From contig CABYNA010000003.1 of the NCBI GenBank assembly GCA_902520215.1, positions 25,462 through 89,461 of the forward strand: a stretch of 64,000 nucleotides of DNA, written 5' to 3'. Below, piece by piece: positions 9,778 to 19,211 of this stretch (the first letter of the stretch is position 1; each line of letters starts with the position of its first letter). The position numbers were made by a program, and so were the translations under genes. The notes beneath the pieces were generated by a model. That model searched no databases. It was not told the DNA's origin and saw only the letters and a list, made by a program, of their open reading frames with translations. The stretch comes from an uncultured Pelagibacteraceae bacterium. GTDB lineage: Bacteria; Pseudomonadota; Alphaproteobacteria; Pelagibacterales; Pelagibacteraceae.

Positions 9778-10788
9778 ATGGATTATATAAACGCGATTGT
9801 ACTTTTATTAAATTATATTTTTGTACCAGCATTAGCCTATGGATCTCAATTAGCTTTGGGTGCAATTTTTGTAACATTGATATATGGGATCTTAAGGTTC
9901 GCAAACTTTGCTACAGGAGATATGATGTCTTTTGGAACCATGGTTACGATTTTGTTTACATGGTATTTTCAATCTTTAGGAATAAGCTTAGGCATTTTAC
10001 CAACTGCTCTCATCGCAATTCCTTTTGCTATTATATTTATGGTTGGTTATATGCTTTTGGTAGATAAATTTGTTTTTAAATATTATAGAGTTAATAAAAG
10101 CCCCCCTGTTCAATTAGCAATGGTGAGTATTGGAGTAATGTTCGTTACCCAAGCCGTTGTTCGAATAATCATTGGCCCATCTGATAGAAGATTTTTTGAT
10201 GGTGAAAAATTTTTAATTAAAGCTGGTGAGTTTAAAGAAATGACAGGACTTAATGAAGGCCTCGCAATCAAATCAACCCAGGTAATTACAATTGTTGTAA
10301 CATTAATTTTAGTTTCAACTCTTTTTTGGTTTTTAAATAAAACAAAAACAGGAAAAAGCATGAGGGCTTATTCTGATAATGAAGATCTTGCATTGTTGTC
10401 TGGAATAGATCCAAAAAAGATTGTTATGATTACATGGATAATAGCGGGAGTTTTAGCTACAATTGGTGGAGCATTATATGGTTTAGATAAAAGTTTTAAA
10501 CCATTTACTTATTTCAATAATATGCTCCCAATTTTTGCTGCAGCTATTGTTGGGGGTATAGGAAATCCTTTTGGTGCATTTTTAGGTGGATATGTAATCG
10601 CATTTTCTGAAATTCTTTTAACTTATGCATATAAAAAATTTTTCATGTATCTATTGCCTGAAAGTTTAGAGCCAAATACTTTAGTACAATTACTATCAAC
10701 AGATTATAAATTTGCAGTATCATTTTCAATTCTTGTCATTGTACTGCTTTACCGACCATCTGGAATTTTCAAAGGAAAAATATTGTGA
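9778..10788 (+). CDS. livH: HAAT ABC permease LivH-like (second system)
   Basis: GILRFANFATGD, TGKSMRAYSDN, AIVGGIGNP. Confidence 0.9.
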   Translation: MDYINAIVLLLNYIFVPALAYGSQLALGAIFVTLIYGILRFANFATGDMMSFGTMVTILFTWYFQSLGISLGILPTALIAIPFAIIFMVGYMLLVDKFVFKYYRVNKSPPVQLAMVSIGVMFVTQAVVRIIIGPSDRRFFDGEKFLIKAGEFKEMTGLNEGLAIKSTQVITIVVTLILVSTLFWFLNKTKTGKSMRAYSDNEDLALLSGIDPKKIVMITWIIAGVLATIGGALYGLDKSFKPFTYFNNMLPIFAAAIVGGIGNPFGAFLGGYVIAFSEILLTYAYKKFFMYLLPESLEPNTLVQLLSTDYKFAVSFSILVIVLLYRPSGIFKGKIL

Positions 10789-12155
10789 GAAAAAATTTAA
10801 ATGTAATTGCAGCTTATACTATAATGATGGGGTTAATTATTCTTGTTGGAATTTTTCAATCTTGGAATATAGCTTTATCAATCTTCAACCTTTGTTTGAT
10901 TTCAGCAGTCATGACAATGGGAGCTAATATTCAATGGGGTTATGCTGGTCTTATTAACTTTGGTATAATGGGCTATACTGCTCTCGGTGGTTTAGCTGCA
11001 GTTTTAATCTCTGTTGATCCTGTTCAAGAAGCATGGAGCGCAGGTGGATCTAATATTCTTTTAAGTCTTTTACTAATAATAGGAATGGTATTAGCTGTTA
11101 GATACGTATTAAAAAAATATGAAAAATCAAAAGTTAGAACCTATATTATTGCAACTATTATAATTGCAGGAATAATAATCATTAGATTTGTATCTGAACC
11201 TGGGATTGAGGCTATAGAGGAAGTAGATCCTGCAAAAACAGGATTTCTTGGTGGATTTGGTCTGCCGATTATTTTTTCTTGGATCGTTGGTGCTCTGTTT
11301 GCAGGTGGGTTAGCATTTGTAATTGGTAAAGTTGCTTTAGGTTTAAGGGCAGATTATTTGGCAATAGCCACTTTATTAATATCAGAAATTGTTATAGCAA
11401 TAATTAAACACGAAGATTGGCTCACCAGAGGTGTTAAAAATGTTATTGGATTGAAGCGCCCTGCACCTTATGAAGTTAATTTACAACAAACAGATTGGTT
11501 TATAAATTTAGTAGAAAAATTTAATTCAAGTAAATTGAATTTAATTACAGATTTAACAGAAAGACAAGCTGCTCTAAATCAATTTGTCATTGAAGGATCA
11601 TCAATTTTTGTAAAACTTTGTTATTCAGGTTTGTTTTTAATTGTTGTTATCATTCTATTAATTCTAACTCAAAAAGCTCTTTATTCTCCATGGGGTAGAA
11701 TGATGAGAGCTATTAGAGATAATGAAGAGGCAGCAAATGCAATGGGCAAAAATGTGGTGAAACAACATTTGCTAATTTTTGTTTTAGGTTCAGCTATAGT
11801 TGGGATAGCTGGTGCCATGTTAGTAACCCAAGATGGATTATTTACACCAGGCAGCTACAGACCTATGCGTTATACTTTTTTAATTTGGGTGATGGTCATA
11901 GTAGGTGGTAGTGGAAATAATTTTGGTGCAATTCTAGGAGGCTTTGTGGTTTGGTTTTTATGGATTGAGTCAGCACCTATTGGATTATATTTAGTTAATT
12001 TAACAACAGCTGGTTTAGCTGATACTCACTTTTTAAAAGTTCATTTAATTGAAAGTGTCCCATATTTTAGATTTTTAATGATGGGAATAGGCCTGTTATT
12101 AATAATGAGATATAGACCAAAAGGTATACTTCCAGAAAAAATAGAAATAAAATAA
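10785..12155 (+). CDS. livM: HAAT ABC permease LivM-like (second system)
   Basis: GYAGLINFG, LRADYLAIATL, GRMMRAIRDNE, RPKGILPE; GTG start. Confidence 0.9.
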   Translation: MRKNLNVIAAYTIMMGLIILVGIFQSWNIALSIFNLCLISAVMTMGANIQWGYAGLINFGIMGYTALGGLAAVLISVDPVQEAWSAGGSNILLSLLLIIGMVLAVRYVLKKYEKSKVRTYIIATIIIAGIIIIRFVSEPGIEAIEEVDPAKTGFLGGFGLPIIFSWIVGALFAGGLAFVIGKVALGLRADYLAIATLLISEIVIAIIKHEDWLTRGVKNVIGLKRPAPYEVNLQQTDWFINLVEKFNSSKLNLITDLTERQAALNQFVIEGSSIFVKLCYSGLFLIVVIILLILTQKALYSPWGRMMRAIRDNEEAANAMGKNVVKQHLLIFVLGSAIVGIAGAMLVTQDGLFTPGSYRPMRYTFLIWVMVIVGGSGNNFGAILGGFVVWFLWIESAPIGLYLVNLTTAGLADTHFLKVHLIESVPYFRFLMMGIGLLLIMRYRPKGILPEKIEIK

Positions 12156-12159
12156 AAAG

Positions 12160-12231
12160 ATGAAATATATAATTTTAGGTGCAGCCTTTGCTTGGGCTTT
12201 ATATATGGCTGATAAATATTTATTTTTTTAA
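12160..12231 (+). CDS. Putative 23-aa membrane microprotein MKYIILGAAFAWALYMADKYLFF
   Basis: ATG 4 nt after livM stop, TAA just before the terminator hairpin; one hydrophobic helix; below the ORF-track cutoff. Confidence 0.55.
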   Translation: MKYIILGAAFAWALYMADKYLFF

Positions 12232-12265
12232 AAAAAACCCCCAACATAGAAATGTCAGGGGTTTT
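12231..12265. terminator. Terminator between the convergent liv operon and SBP gene (probably bidirectional)
   Basis: AAAACCCC..ACAT-agaa-ATGT..GGGGTTTT stem; the A-run on the left gives a U-tail on the minus strand. Confidence 0.75.
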
Positions 12266-12279
12266 AATTTTAAGATAAA

Positions 12280-13461
12280 TTATCTTTGTTTTTTAGTTTT
12301 GAATTTTCCGCCTTTAACTTCTTGTTCTAAGAAAGAACCTTCAGCTTCACCGACGCTAGTAAAAGTAACTCCTGTTGCACCTTCGTAGTCAACTTTTTTA
12401 CCTTTAGCTAATAAATCTAAACCTTTTTTAAGTTCACCTGGATAAATTTTTGTTCCAGGTCCGTTAGCAACATCCATTACATTTTTCGCAATAGACGCTC
12501 TATCAGCTGAATTACCTGCTTGCATTGCTAAAACAATTAAAGCAGCTGCATCGTATGACTCACCTGTGTATGGACCAGAACTATCAATACCAGCAGCTTT
12601 TGCTACACCAGCAAAAACTCCAGCACCTTTTCCAGTTGATCCGGGCATTGAACCAAAAGACTTTCTTAAATCTTTTCCAAATGCATCAACTAATGATTGA
12701 CCAATCATACCATCTGACAAAATAAATCTGTCAAATGCACCAGAGTCTAAAGAAGCTTGAATAATACCTTTTCCACCTTGGTCAAGATATCCAATAACAG
12801 CTACCGCATCACCACCTGCTGAAGCTAGTGTTGCAACCTCAGAAGAATAATCTGCTTTTCCATCTTCATGAGCATTTACTGTAGTTACTTTAATACCGTG
12901 AGCTTCTACTGCTGCTTTATAAACATCAGCTAAACCTTTACCATAATCGTTGTTTGTATAAGTAATAGCTACACTTTTTACTTTTCTATCTTTAGTAATA
13001 TCTGCAAGAATTTGTCCACCTCTAGCATCTGATGGAGCAGTTCTGAAGAAATACCCTTTATCATCTAGAGTTGTTAATCCTGGAGATGTTGCAGAAGGTG
13101 AAATCATTACCACACCATTTGGTACAGCAACATTTGATGCAATAGCACCTGTTACACCTGAACAATCAGCACCCATGATTGCAGCAACACCTTGTGCAAT
13201 AACACCTTCAGCTGCCGCTGTCGCTGCTGCTGAATCAACACAAGTTGAATCTGCTCTTACTACTGAAATTTTTTCTCCACCTAATAATGAACCTGAGTCA
13301 GATGCTTCTTTAAAAGCAAGTTCTGCAGATGCAGCCATAGCAGGTGTAAGAGATTCTATAGGACCAGTGAATCCTAAAATTATTCCCATTTTTACTTCTG
13401 CAAAAACATTTGTTGTAAAACTTGATACAAATATAAATGCAGCAATAATTAATTTTCTCAT
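12280..13461 (-). CDS. HAAT/Liv-family ABC substrate-binding protein
   Basis: Signal peptide, VKMGIILGFTGP, ISPSATSPGLT, FFRTAPSD, YDAAAL. Confidence 0.9.
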   Translation of the reverse strand: MRKLIIAAFIFVSSFTTNVFAEVKMGIILGFTGPIESLTPAMAASAELAFKEASDSGSLLGGEKISVVRADSTCVDSAAATAAAEGVIAQGVAAIMGADCSGVTGAIASNVAVPNGVVMISPSATSPGLTTLDDKGYFFRTAPSDARGGQILADITKDRKVKSVAITYTNNDYGKGLADVYKAAVEAHGIKVTTVNAHEDGKADYSSEVATLASAGGDAVAVIGYLDQGGKGIIQASLDSGAFDRFILSDGMIGQSLVDAFGKDLRKSFGSMPGSTGKGAGVFAGVAKAAGIDSSGPYTGESYDAAALIVLAMQAGNSADRASIAKNVMDVANGPGTKIYPGELKKGLDLLAKGKKVDYEGATGVTFTSVGEAEGSFLEQEVKGGKFKTKKQR

Positions 13462-13598
13462 TATATTCCTCTATTTGTTAACAATTTATAAAGACTAAAT
13501 TAAATCCTATTTATATAGATTTTCAACTGCCAAATTATCTTATTTTATAATGTCTTTATTTAAACTAGACTGATTATTAAAGATTTTAAACGATTTTA

Positions 13599-14348
13599 AT
13601 GAAGTCTAATAAAATTCAACCACAATTTATAAAAAAATATAATCCTAGAATAGGATTAATTGCTTTAGCTACAGATTTCATAATTGAAAAAGACTTTATT
13701 AAAATAATTAAAGATAAAGATATAGATTTTTTTGTAAATAGAATTGAATGTTATAACCCTTTATCAAAAGAAAATTTAATTAAAATGTCTGAAAAAGTTA
13801 CAGATGTTACTAAAAATATTTTACCAGATGAAAACATAGATTGTGTTGTATACGGATGTACCTCTGGAACTATAGCTGTTGGACATGATACTATAGAGAG
13901 AAAAGTTAAAGAAGCGAAACCAAAAGCAAAAATTACAACGCCAAGCACTGCAGCTATTAAAGCATTAAAAAAGTTAAAAATAAAAAAAATAGCAATATTT
14001 ACTCCGTATAGTAAAAAATTAAATGATGAAGTTATAGATTATTTTTCAAGTGAAGGTTTTGATATTGTTGCAAATACTTATCTAGATATCGCAGCTGACT
14101 ATGACATTGGAAAAGTAGATCAAAATTTTTTATTTAAAACTTTATCGCAAATAGAAATCAAAAATGCTGATGCCTTATTTATTTCGTGTACAGCTTTACC
14201 AGTTTTAAATATAATTGAAAGATTAGAGAAAGAATTAGGTAAGCCTGTCATTACAAGCAATCAATCGTTAATATGGGATACTTTAGAAAGTATTGATATG
14301 AACAAAAATATTCTAGGTTTTGGAAAATTATTTAATTTAGATCAATGA
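13599..14348 (+). CDS. eutA: Asp/Glu racemase-maleate isomerase family protein, EutA-like
   Basis: RIGLIALATD, YGCTSG and FISCTAL two-cysteine motifs, KPVITSNQ; overlaps doeA start. Confidence 0.75.
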   Translation: MKSNKIQPQFIKKYNPRIGLIALATDFIIEKDFIKIIKDKDIDFFVNRIECYNPLSKENLIKMSEKVTDVTKNILPDENIDCVVYGCTSGTIAVGHDTIERKVKEAKPKAKITTPSTAAIKALKKLKIKKIAIFTPYSKKLNDEVIDYFSSEGFDIVANTYLDIAADYDIGKVDQNFLFKTLSQIEIKNADALFISCTALPVLNIIERLEKELGKPVITSNQSLIWDTLESIDMNKNILGFGKLFNLDQ

Positions 14349-15517
14349 GTCTTTTTACAAAAGAAGAATATAATAATAGATTAAAAAAAGTTCAAAAAAT
14401 GATGCTAGATAAAGGCATCGAATTATTAATTTCTAACGATACGAATAACATAAATTACTTAACAGGTTACGATGCTTGGTCTTTTTATTATGCTCAATGT
14501 GCAATAGTCCATGTCAATGCTGATGAACCTTTATGTTTTGTTAGAGATCAGGATGCAGGTGGAGCTTATCTAAAAACATATTTAAAGAAGGAGAATATAA
14601 TCGTATATGATGAACACTACATTCATACTTGGCCTAAGCATCCTTATGATTATTTAGTGGAGATAATAAAGAATAAAAAATGGGATAAGCTTTCTATTGG
14701 TTTAGAGATGGATGCACATTATTTTACCGCATTCTGTTATCAGAAAATTAGGGATGGTTTACCGAACGCAAAGATCAAAGACTCTGAAAGATTAGTTAAT
14801 TGGGCTCGTCTAGTTAAATCAAATACTGAAATAAATTTTATGAAATCTGCTGCAAAAATTTCAGAGGTTGGAATGAGAAAAGCTTACGAAGTAATAAGTC
14901 CTGGGGTTAGACAATGTGATGCTGTTGGAGAAATTCAAAAAGCTTTGTTTTATGGAACCCCTGAATTTGGCGGAGAATACGCCAGTATTGCAACATTGCT
15001 TCCTACCGGAAAAGGAACATCTGCTTCACATCTAACCGCAACTCAAGATAAATTTATTGATGGTGAGGCTACAATTGTTGAACTTTCTGGAGTGTATAAG
15101 CGTTATCATGCACCGATGGCCAGAACTATTTTGCTTGGAAAACCTGATCAACTTAAAATTGATACGATGAAAAAAACAATTGAGGCGCTTCAAGCTGGAA
15201 TTGATGCAACCAAACCCGGAAATACTGTAGATCACGTTGCCCAAGCATTTTGGAAAATATTAGATAAATATGGAATAGAAAAAAAATCTAGGACTGGTTA
15301 TTCGATTGGAATTGGTTATCCACCAGATTGGGGAGAACATACATTAAATATTTATAAAGGCGATATGACAATTTTGGAGCCTAATATTTGTTTTCACATG
15401 ATAGCAGTTATGCAATTTGGTGAATGGGGTGTTGAAGCATCAGAGGCAATAAGAGTTACAGATCAAGGAGCAGAATTATTTTGTAATATGTCTAAAGAAC
15501 TTCACGTTAAAAGCTAG
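14345..15517 (+). CDS. doeA: M24-family ectoine hydrolase DoeA/EutD-like
   Basis: FTKEEY..RL, LTGYDAWSFY, LVNWARLVKS, YHAPMART, GYSIGIGYPPDWGEHT. Confidence 0.8.
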   Translation: MSLFTKEEYNNRLKKVQKMMLDKGIELLISNDTNNINYLTGYDAWSFYYAQCAIVHVNADEPLCFVRDQDAGGAYLKTYLKKENIIVYDEHYIHTWPKHPYDYLVEIIKNKKWDKLSIGLEMDAHYFTAFCYQKIRDGLPNAKIKDSERLVNWARLVKSNTEINFMKSAAKISEVGMRKAYEVISPGVRQCDAVGEIQKALFYGTPEFGGEYASIATLLPTGKGTSASHLTATQDKFIDGEATIVELSGVYKRYHAPMARTILLGKPDQLKIDTMKKTIEALQAGIDATKPGNTVDHVAQAFWKILDKYGIEKKSRTGYSIGIGYPPDWGEHTLNIYKGDMTILEPNICFHMIAVMQFGEWGVEASEAIRVTDQGAELFCNMSKELHVKS

Positions 15518-15569
15518 TTATTAAAGGTTGAAATTTATTCTTACAAATGTTTAAAAGTTGATTAAAATT

Positions 15570-16655
15570 ATGGCTCTTAAAAAAGATTTCGTCAAATTCG
15601 ATAAAGTAGATAAAAGCTATGACGGCAAAGTTTTAGTCGTTAAGGATCTTCAATTAGATATTGAAGAAGGTGAGTTTGTAACTATGTTAGGACCCTCTGG
15701 TTCTGGAAAAACAACTTGCTTGATGATGCTGGCAGGATTTGAAACACCAACAAATGGTGAAATATATTTAGATGGTAAGGCTATCTCAAGTATACCTCCG
15801 CATAAAAGAGGTATTGGAATGGTGTTTCAGAATTATGCACTATTTCCTCATATGACAGTTTATGAAAACCTTGCCTTTCCATTAAGAGTTAGAAAAATTC
15901 CAAAAGATGAGGCAGATAAAAAGATTGATAAGGCGTTATCAATGGTTTCACTTCAAGGTTTTGCATCAAGAATGCCAGGGCAATTATCAGGTGGTCAACA
16001 ACAAAGAGTGGCTGTAGCGAGATCATTAGTATTTGATCCTCAACTAGTTTTAATGGACGAACCTCTGGGAGCTTTAGATAAAAATTTGAGAGAGAGTATG
16101 CAATATGAAATCAAACACATACATGAAAACATTGGGGTAACTGTTGTTTATGTAACTCATGATCAAAGTGAAGCATTAACCATGTCTAATCGTATTGCTG
16201 TTTTTAATGATGGAAAAGTTCAGCAGCTTTCAAGTCCGGATGAGCTATATGAAAAACCTGTGAATTCTTTTGTCGCCGAGTTCATTGGAGAAAATAATAC
16301 TTTTGTGGGTGAGGTTTCTGATATTTCAGGTGGTAAGTGTAAAGTTAAAATAGCAAATACAGACATACTTGCAAACCCTATATCTGTAAAAGGCAGAGGT
16401 GAAAAAACTAAAATTTCTTTAAGACCTGAAAGAGCTTTAATTAATCCAAGTGATCAAATGGATAATATCCATTCTGGAAAGATTGAAGAAGTAATATATC
16501 ACGGAGATCATACAAGAGTTAGAATAAATCTTTTAGGAAACAATCAATTTATCTTAAAAGTTCCTAATAGTTCAGCCAATTTGGATATCAAGCTTGGCAA
16601 AGATATCAAGATAGGTTGGAACAGTGAAGATGCTAGAGCGTTAGATCCTTCTTAG
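15570..16655 (+). CDS. potA: Polyamine/osmolyte ABC ATP-binding protein PotA-like
   Basis: GPSGSGKTT, VFQNYALFPHMTV, LSGGQQQR, C-terminal TOBE-like region; ATG at 15570 (track TTG 15558). Confidence 0.9.
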   Translation: MALKKDFVKFDKVDKSYDGKVLVVKDLQLDIEEGEFVTMLGPSGSGKTTCLMMLAGFETPTNGEIYLDGKAISSIPPHKRGIGMVFQNYALFPHMTVYENLAFPLRVRKIPKDEADKKIDKALSMVSLQGFASRMPGQLSGGQQQRVAVARSLVFDPQLVLMDEPLGALDKNLRESMQYEIKHIHENIGVTVVYVTHDQSEALTMSNRIAVFNDGKVQQLSSPDELYEKPVNSFVAEFIGENNTFVGEVSDISGGKCKVKIANTDILANPISVKGRGEKTKISLRPERALINPSDQMDNIHSGKIEEVIYHGDHTRVRINLLGNNQFILKVPNSSANLDIKLGKDIKIGWNSEDARALDPS

Positions 16656-16692
16656 ACCACGAATATATTGCTAAATTAACTAAAATGGGCTG

Positions 16693-16721
16693 TTGACTCT
16701 CATTATCGATCTTGTTGTAAT
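16693..16721 (+). promoter_or_regulatory. Internal sigma70-type promoter for the potD-like gene
   Basis: TTGACT (16693-98), 17-nt spacer, TGTAAT (16716-21) with extended TG; SD GGAGG at 16747-51. Confidence 0.55.
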
Positions 16722-16755
16722 TGATTTTTATAAAAAACGTTTAAACGGAGGAAAA

Positions 16756-17883
16756 ATGAAAAAACTAAGTAAAGTATTACTAGCTATTTCTTTTGTACTT
16801 TCACTAACTACTTCAGCATTTGCAACAACAGTAACCGCAGTGTCATGGGGTGGGGCTTATACGGAGTCTCAAAAGTTAGGTTATGGTGATCCTACAGCTA
16901 AAAAACTTGGCATAAATATTGCCTGGGTTGACTATTCTGGTGGATTATCTGAGATTAAAGCACAAAAAGAAGCTGGTAAAATCACGTGGGATATAATCGA
17001 CGTGTTTGCAATGGATACTATTACTGGATGTGATGAAGGATTATTTGTTGAATTTGATTTCGATAAAGACTTCCCACCAGCTCCAGATGGAACTCCAGCA
17101 AGTAAAGATTTCTTTACCGCAATGCCTAGTAAGTGTGCTGTAGGAAATATTTTATATTCTTGGAATTATGCTTATAACACAAATAATGTTAAAGGTACTC
17201 CAAAGACTATCAAAGATTTCTTTAACACTAAAAAATTCCCTGGAAAAAGAGCTATCTACAAAAGCGCTTTAACAAACTTAGAGATCGCTTTAGCAGCAGA
17301 TGGTATTAAACCAGGAAAAGGTGGAGCAAAAATCTACAAAGCTTTAGAAACAGAAAAAGGTGTTGAAAGAGCAATGAATAAGATCAAAGAACTATGCACA
17401 GACCCTAAAGGTGGATGTGTATTTTGGTCTGCAGGTGCTCAACCACCAGAACTGTTAGTATCAGGTGAAGTAGTAATGGCTACTGGTTGGAATGGTAGAT
17501 TCTTCAATGCTGAAATTGGAGAAGGTGCACCAATCAAACAAGTTTGGGATGGCCAAGGTCTTGACTACGAATATTTCGTACAAGTTAAAGGTGGACCAAA
17601 CGATGCTAATGGTATGGCTAAAAAAGCTTTAGCTATGATGACTAGCTCAGAGATGTTAGCAGGAAGTGCTAAATACATCGCATATGCTCCTTGGAGAAAA
17701 TCTTCAATTAGCATTATGGAAAAAGGTGAGCCTTGGTATAAAGATGGTAAGACTAACATGGTACCACAAATGCCAACTGCACCAGCTAACACTAAAAATT
17801 ACTTCTTAGTAGATCCAATTTTCTGGGCTGACAACGGTACAGAGCTTGGTGAAAAATGGGAAGCTATGAAAGCTGGTCTATAA
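16756..17883 (+). CDS. potD: PotD-like ABC substrate-binding protein
   Basis: True ATG at 16756 after GGAGG; signal peptide MKKLSKVLLAISF; VSWGGAY, WDIIDV, GWNGRF. Confidence 0.85.
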   Translation: MKKLSKVLLAISFVLSLTTSAFATTVTAVSWGGAYTESQKLGYGDPTAKKLGINIAWVDYSGGLSEIKAQKEAGKITWDIIDVFAMDTITGCDEGLFVEFDFDKDFPPAPDGTPASKDFFTAMPSKCAVGNILYSWNYAYNTNNVKGTPKTIKDFFNTKKFPGKRAIYKSALTNLEIALAADGIKPGKGGAKIYKALETEKGVERAMNKIKELCTDPKGGCVFWSAGAQPPELLVSGEVVMATGWNGRFFNAEIGEGAPIKQVWDGQGLDYEYFVQVKGGPNDANGMAKKALAMMTSSEMLAGSAKYIAYAPWRKSSISIMEKGEPWYKDGKTNMVPQMPTAPANTKNYFLVDPIFWADNGTELGEKWEAMKAGL

Positions 17884-17920
17884 TTTAAGTTTTAAACAAC
17901 TTAATTATATATTATAATTT

Positions 17921-17949
17921 AAGGGCGGTTATTATTAACCGCCCTTTTT
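17921..17949 (+). terminator. Hairpin/terminator after the potD-like gene
   Basis: AAGGGCGGTTA-ttat-TAACCGCCCTT with T tail. Confidence 0.85.
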
Positions 17950-17953
17950 ACTT

Positions 17954-19207
17954 ATGAGCTCTGAAACAAAACAAATTCTAACAACAGATGGGATACCTTT
18001 AGAGGTAAGTCTTAAAAAAGCAGAGAGAAAGAATAAGATCAAAGCCTTTTTACTTGTTGCTCCCTTATTATTATTTTTAATTATTACTTATGTCTTTCCA
18101 ATAGGCGATATGTTGTTTCGAAGTGTTGACGATAAGATGGTAACACAAATGCTTCCAAAAACATTTAAAGCAATGGAAAACTGGGATGGTCAAGAGTTGC
18201 CAGATGAGGAAGTTTTTGCAGCATTTCATGAGGACTTTATAAAACTAGTTGAAGATAAACGAGAAGGTAAACTATCTACTCAATTAAATTACACTAAAAA
18301 TGGATTTAAAAGTATTATTAAAAAATTAAGAAGAGCATCTAAAAAATTTGAAGAGGGAAACTATAAAGAACAAATAATGGCAGTACACAAAAGATGGGCT
18401 GATGTTGAGTACTGGAGAGCAATCCAAAGAAGAGCCCCTGAATTTACAGGTCAAAAATATTTAAAAGGAATGGATATGTATGTAAATGAGGAAGGGAAAA
18501 TAGTAAGCGTTGAAGAAGATAGGAGAATTCACAGAGTATTATGGTTAAGAACTCTGGAGATTGCATTCTTTGTGACTGTCTTTTGTTTTTTGATGGCTTA
18601 CCCAATAGCCCATTTGTTAGCTACTCTGCCAATGAAATATAGTAACTTATTAATGATTTGTGTGCTGCTTCCGTTTTGGACTTCATTACTTGTAAGAACT
18701 GCCAGCTGGATGATTTTGTTACAACAACAAGGTATTGTAAATGATTTCTTTGTTGGAATAGGATTAGTAGCTGACGATAATAGACCTGAGATGATGTATA
18801 ACAAAACAGGAAGTTACGTTGCTATGACACAAATATTGCTGCCATTTATGGTGCTTCCGCTATACAGTGTAATGAAAACTATCTCACCTAGCTTAATGAG
18901 AGCTGGAAAATCGTTAGGCGGAACGCCTTTTGTAGCATTTTGGAAAGTTTATTTCCCATTAACAATCCCAGGAATAGGTGCAGGCTGTTTATTAGTATTT
19001 ATTTTAGCGATAGGTTATTACATCACCCCAGCCTTAGTTGGTGGAGCATCTGGAACTTTAATAAGTAACCAAATTGCTTTCCACATGAAAAGCACTCTTG
19101 ATTGGAGCTTTGCATCAGCCATGGGATTAATGTTGTTGAGTGGAGTACTGGTAATTTATTGGCTTTATAACAAACTAGTTGGAATTGATAATATTAAATT
19201 AGGATAA
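17954..19207 (+). CDS. potB: ABC permease PotB-like with a large periplasmic insert
   Basis: LLPFWTSLLVRT, LPFMVLPLY, EAA-like RAGKSLGG. Confidence 0.88.
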   Translation: MSSETKQILTTDGIPLEVSLKKAERKNKIKAFLLVAPLLLFLIITYVFPIGDMLFRSVDDKMVTQMLPKTFKAMENWDGQELPDEEVFAAFHEDFIKLVEDKREGKLSTQLNYTKNGFKSIIKKLRRASKKFEEGNYKEQIMAVHKRWADVEYWRAIQRRAPEFTGQKYLKGMDMYVNEEGKIVSVEEDRRIHRVLWLRTLEIAFFVTVFCFLMAYPIAHLLATLPMKYSNLLMICVLLPFWTSLLVRTASWMILLQQQGIVNDFFVGIGLVADDNRPEMMYNKTGSYVAMTQILLPFMVLPLYSVMKTISPSLMRAGKSLGGTPFVAFWKVYFPLTIPGIGAGCLLVFILAIGYYITPALVGGASGTLISNQIAFHMKSTLDWSFASAMGLMLLSGVLVIYWLYNKLVGIDNIKLG

Positions 19208-19211
19208 TCAA

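Noticed and set aside
12182-12211. CAGCC/GGCTG inverted repeat as an ncRNA
   Set aside because: Only 5 bp with a 20-nt loop; better explained by the Ala/Met codons of the 23-aa ORF
12179-12388. 69-aa plus-strand ORF in the track
   Set aside because: Crosses the terminator and runs antisense into the SBP gene
16693-16755. TTG-start extension of the potD-like gene
   Set aside because: The TTG is part of the -35 box; the GGAGG SD and signal peptide point to ATG 16756
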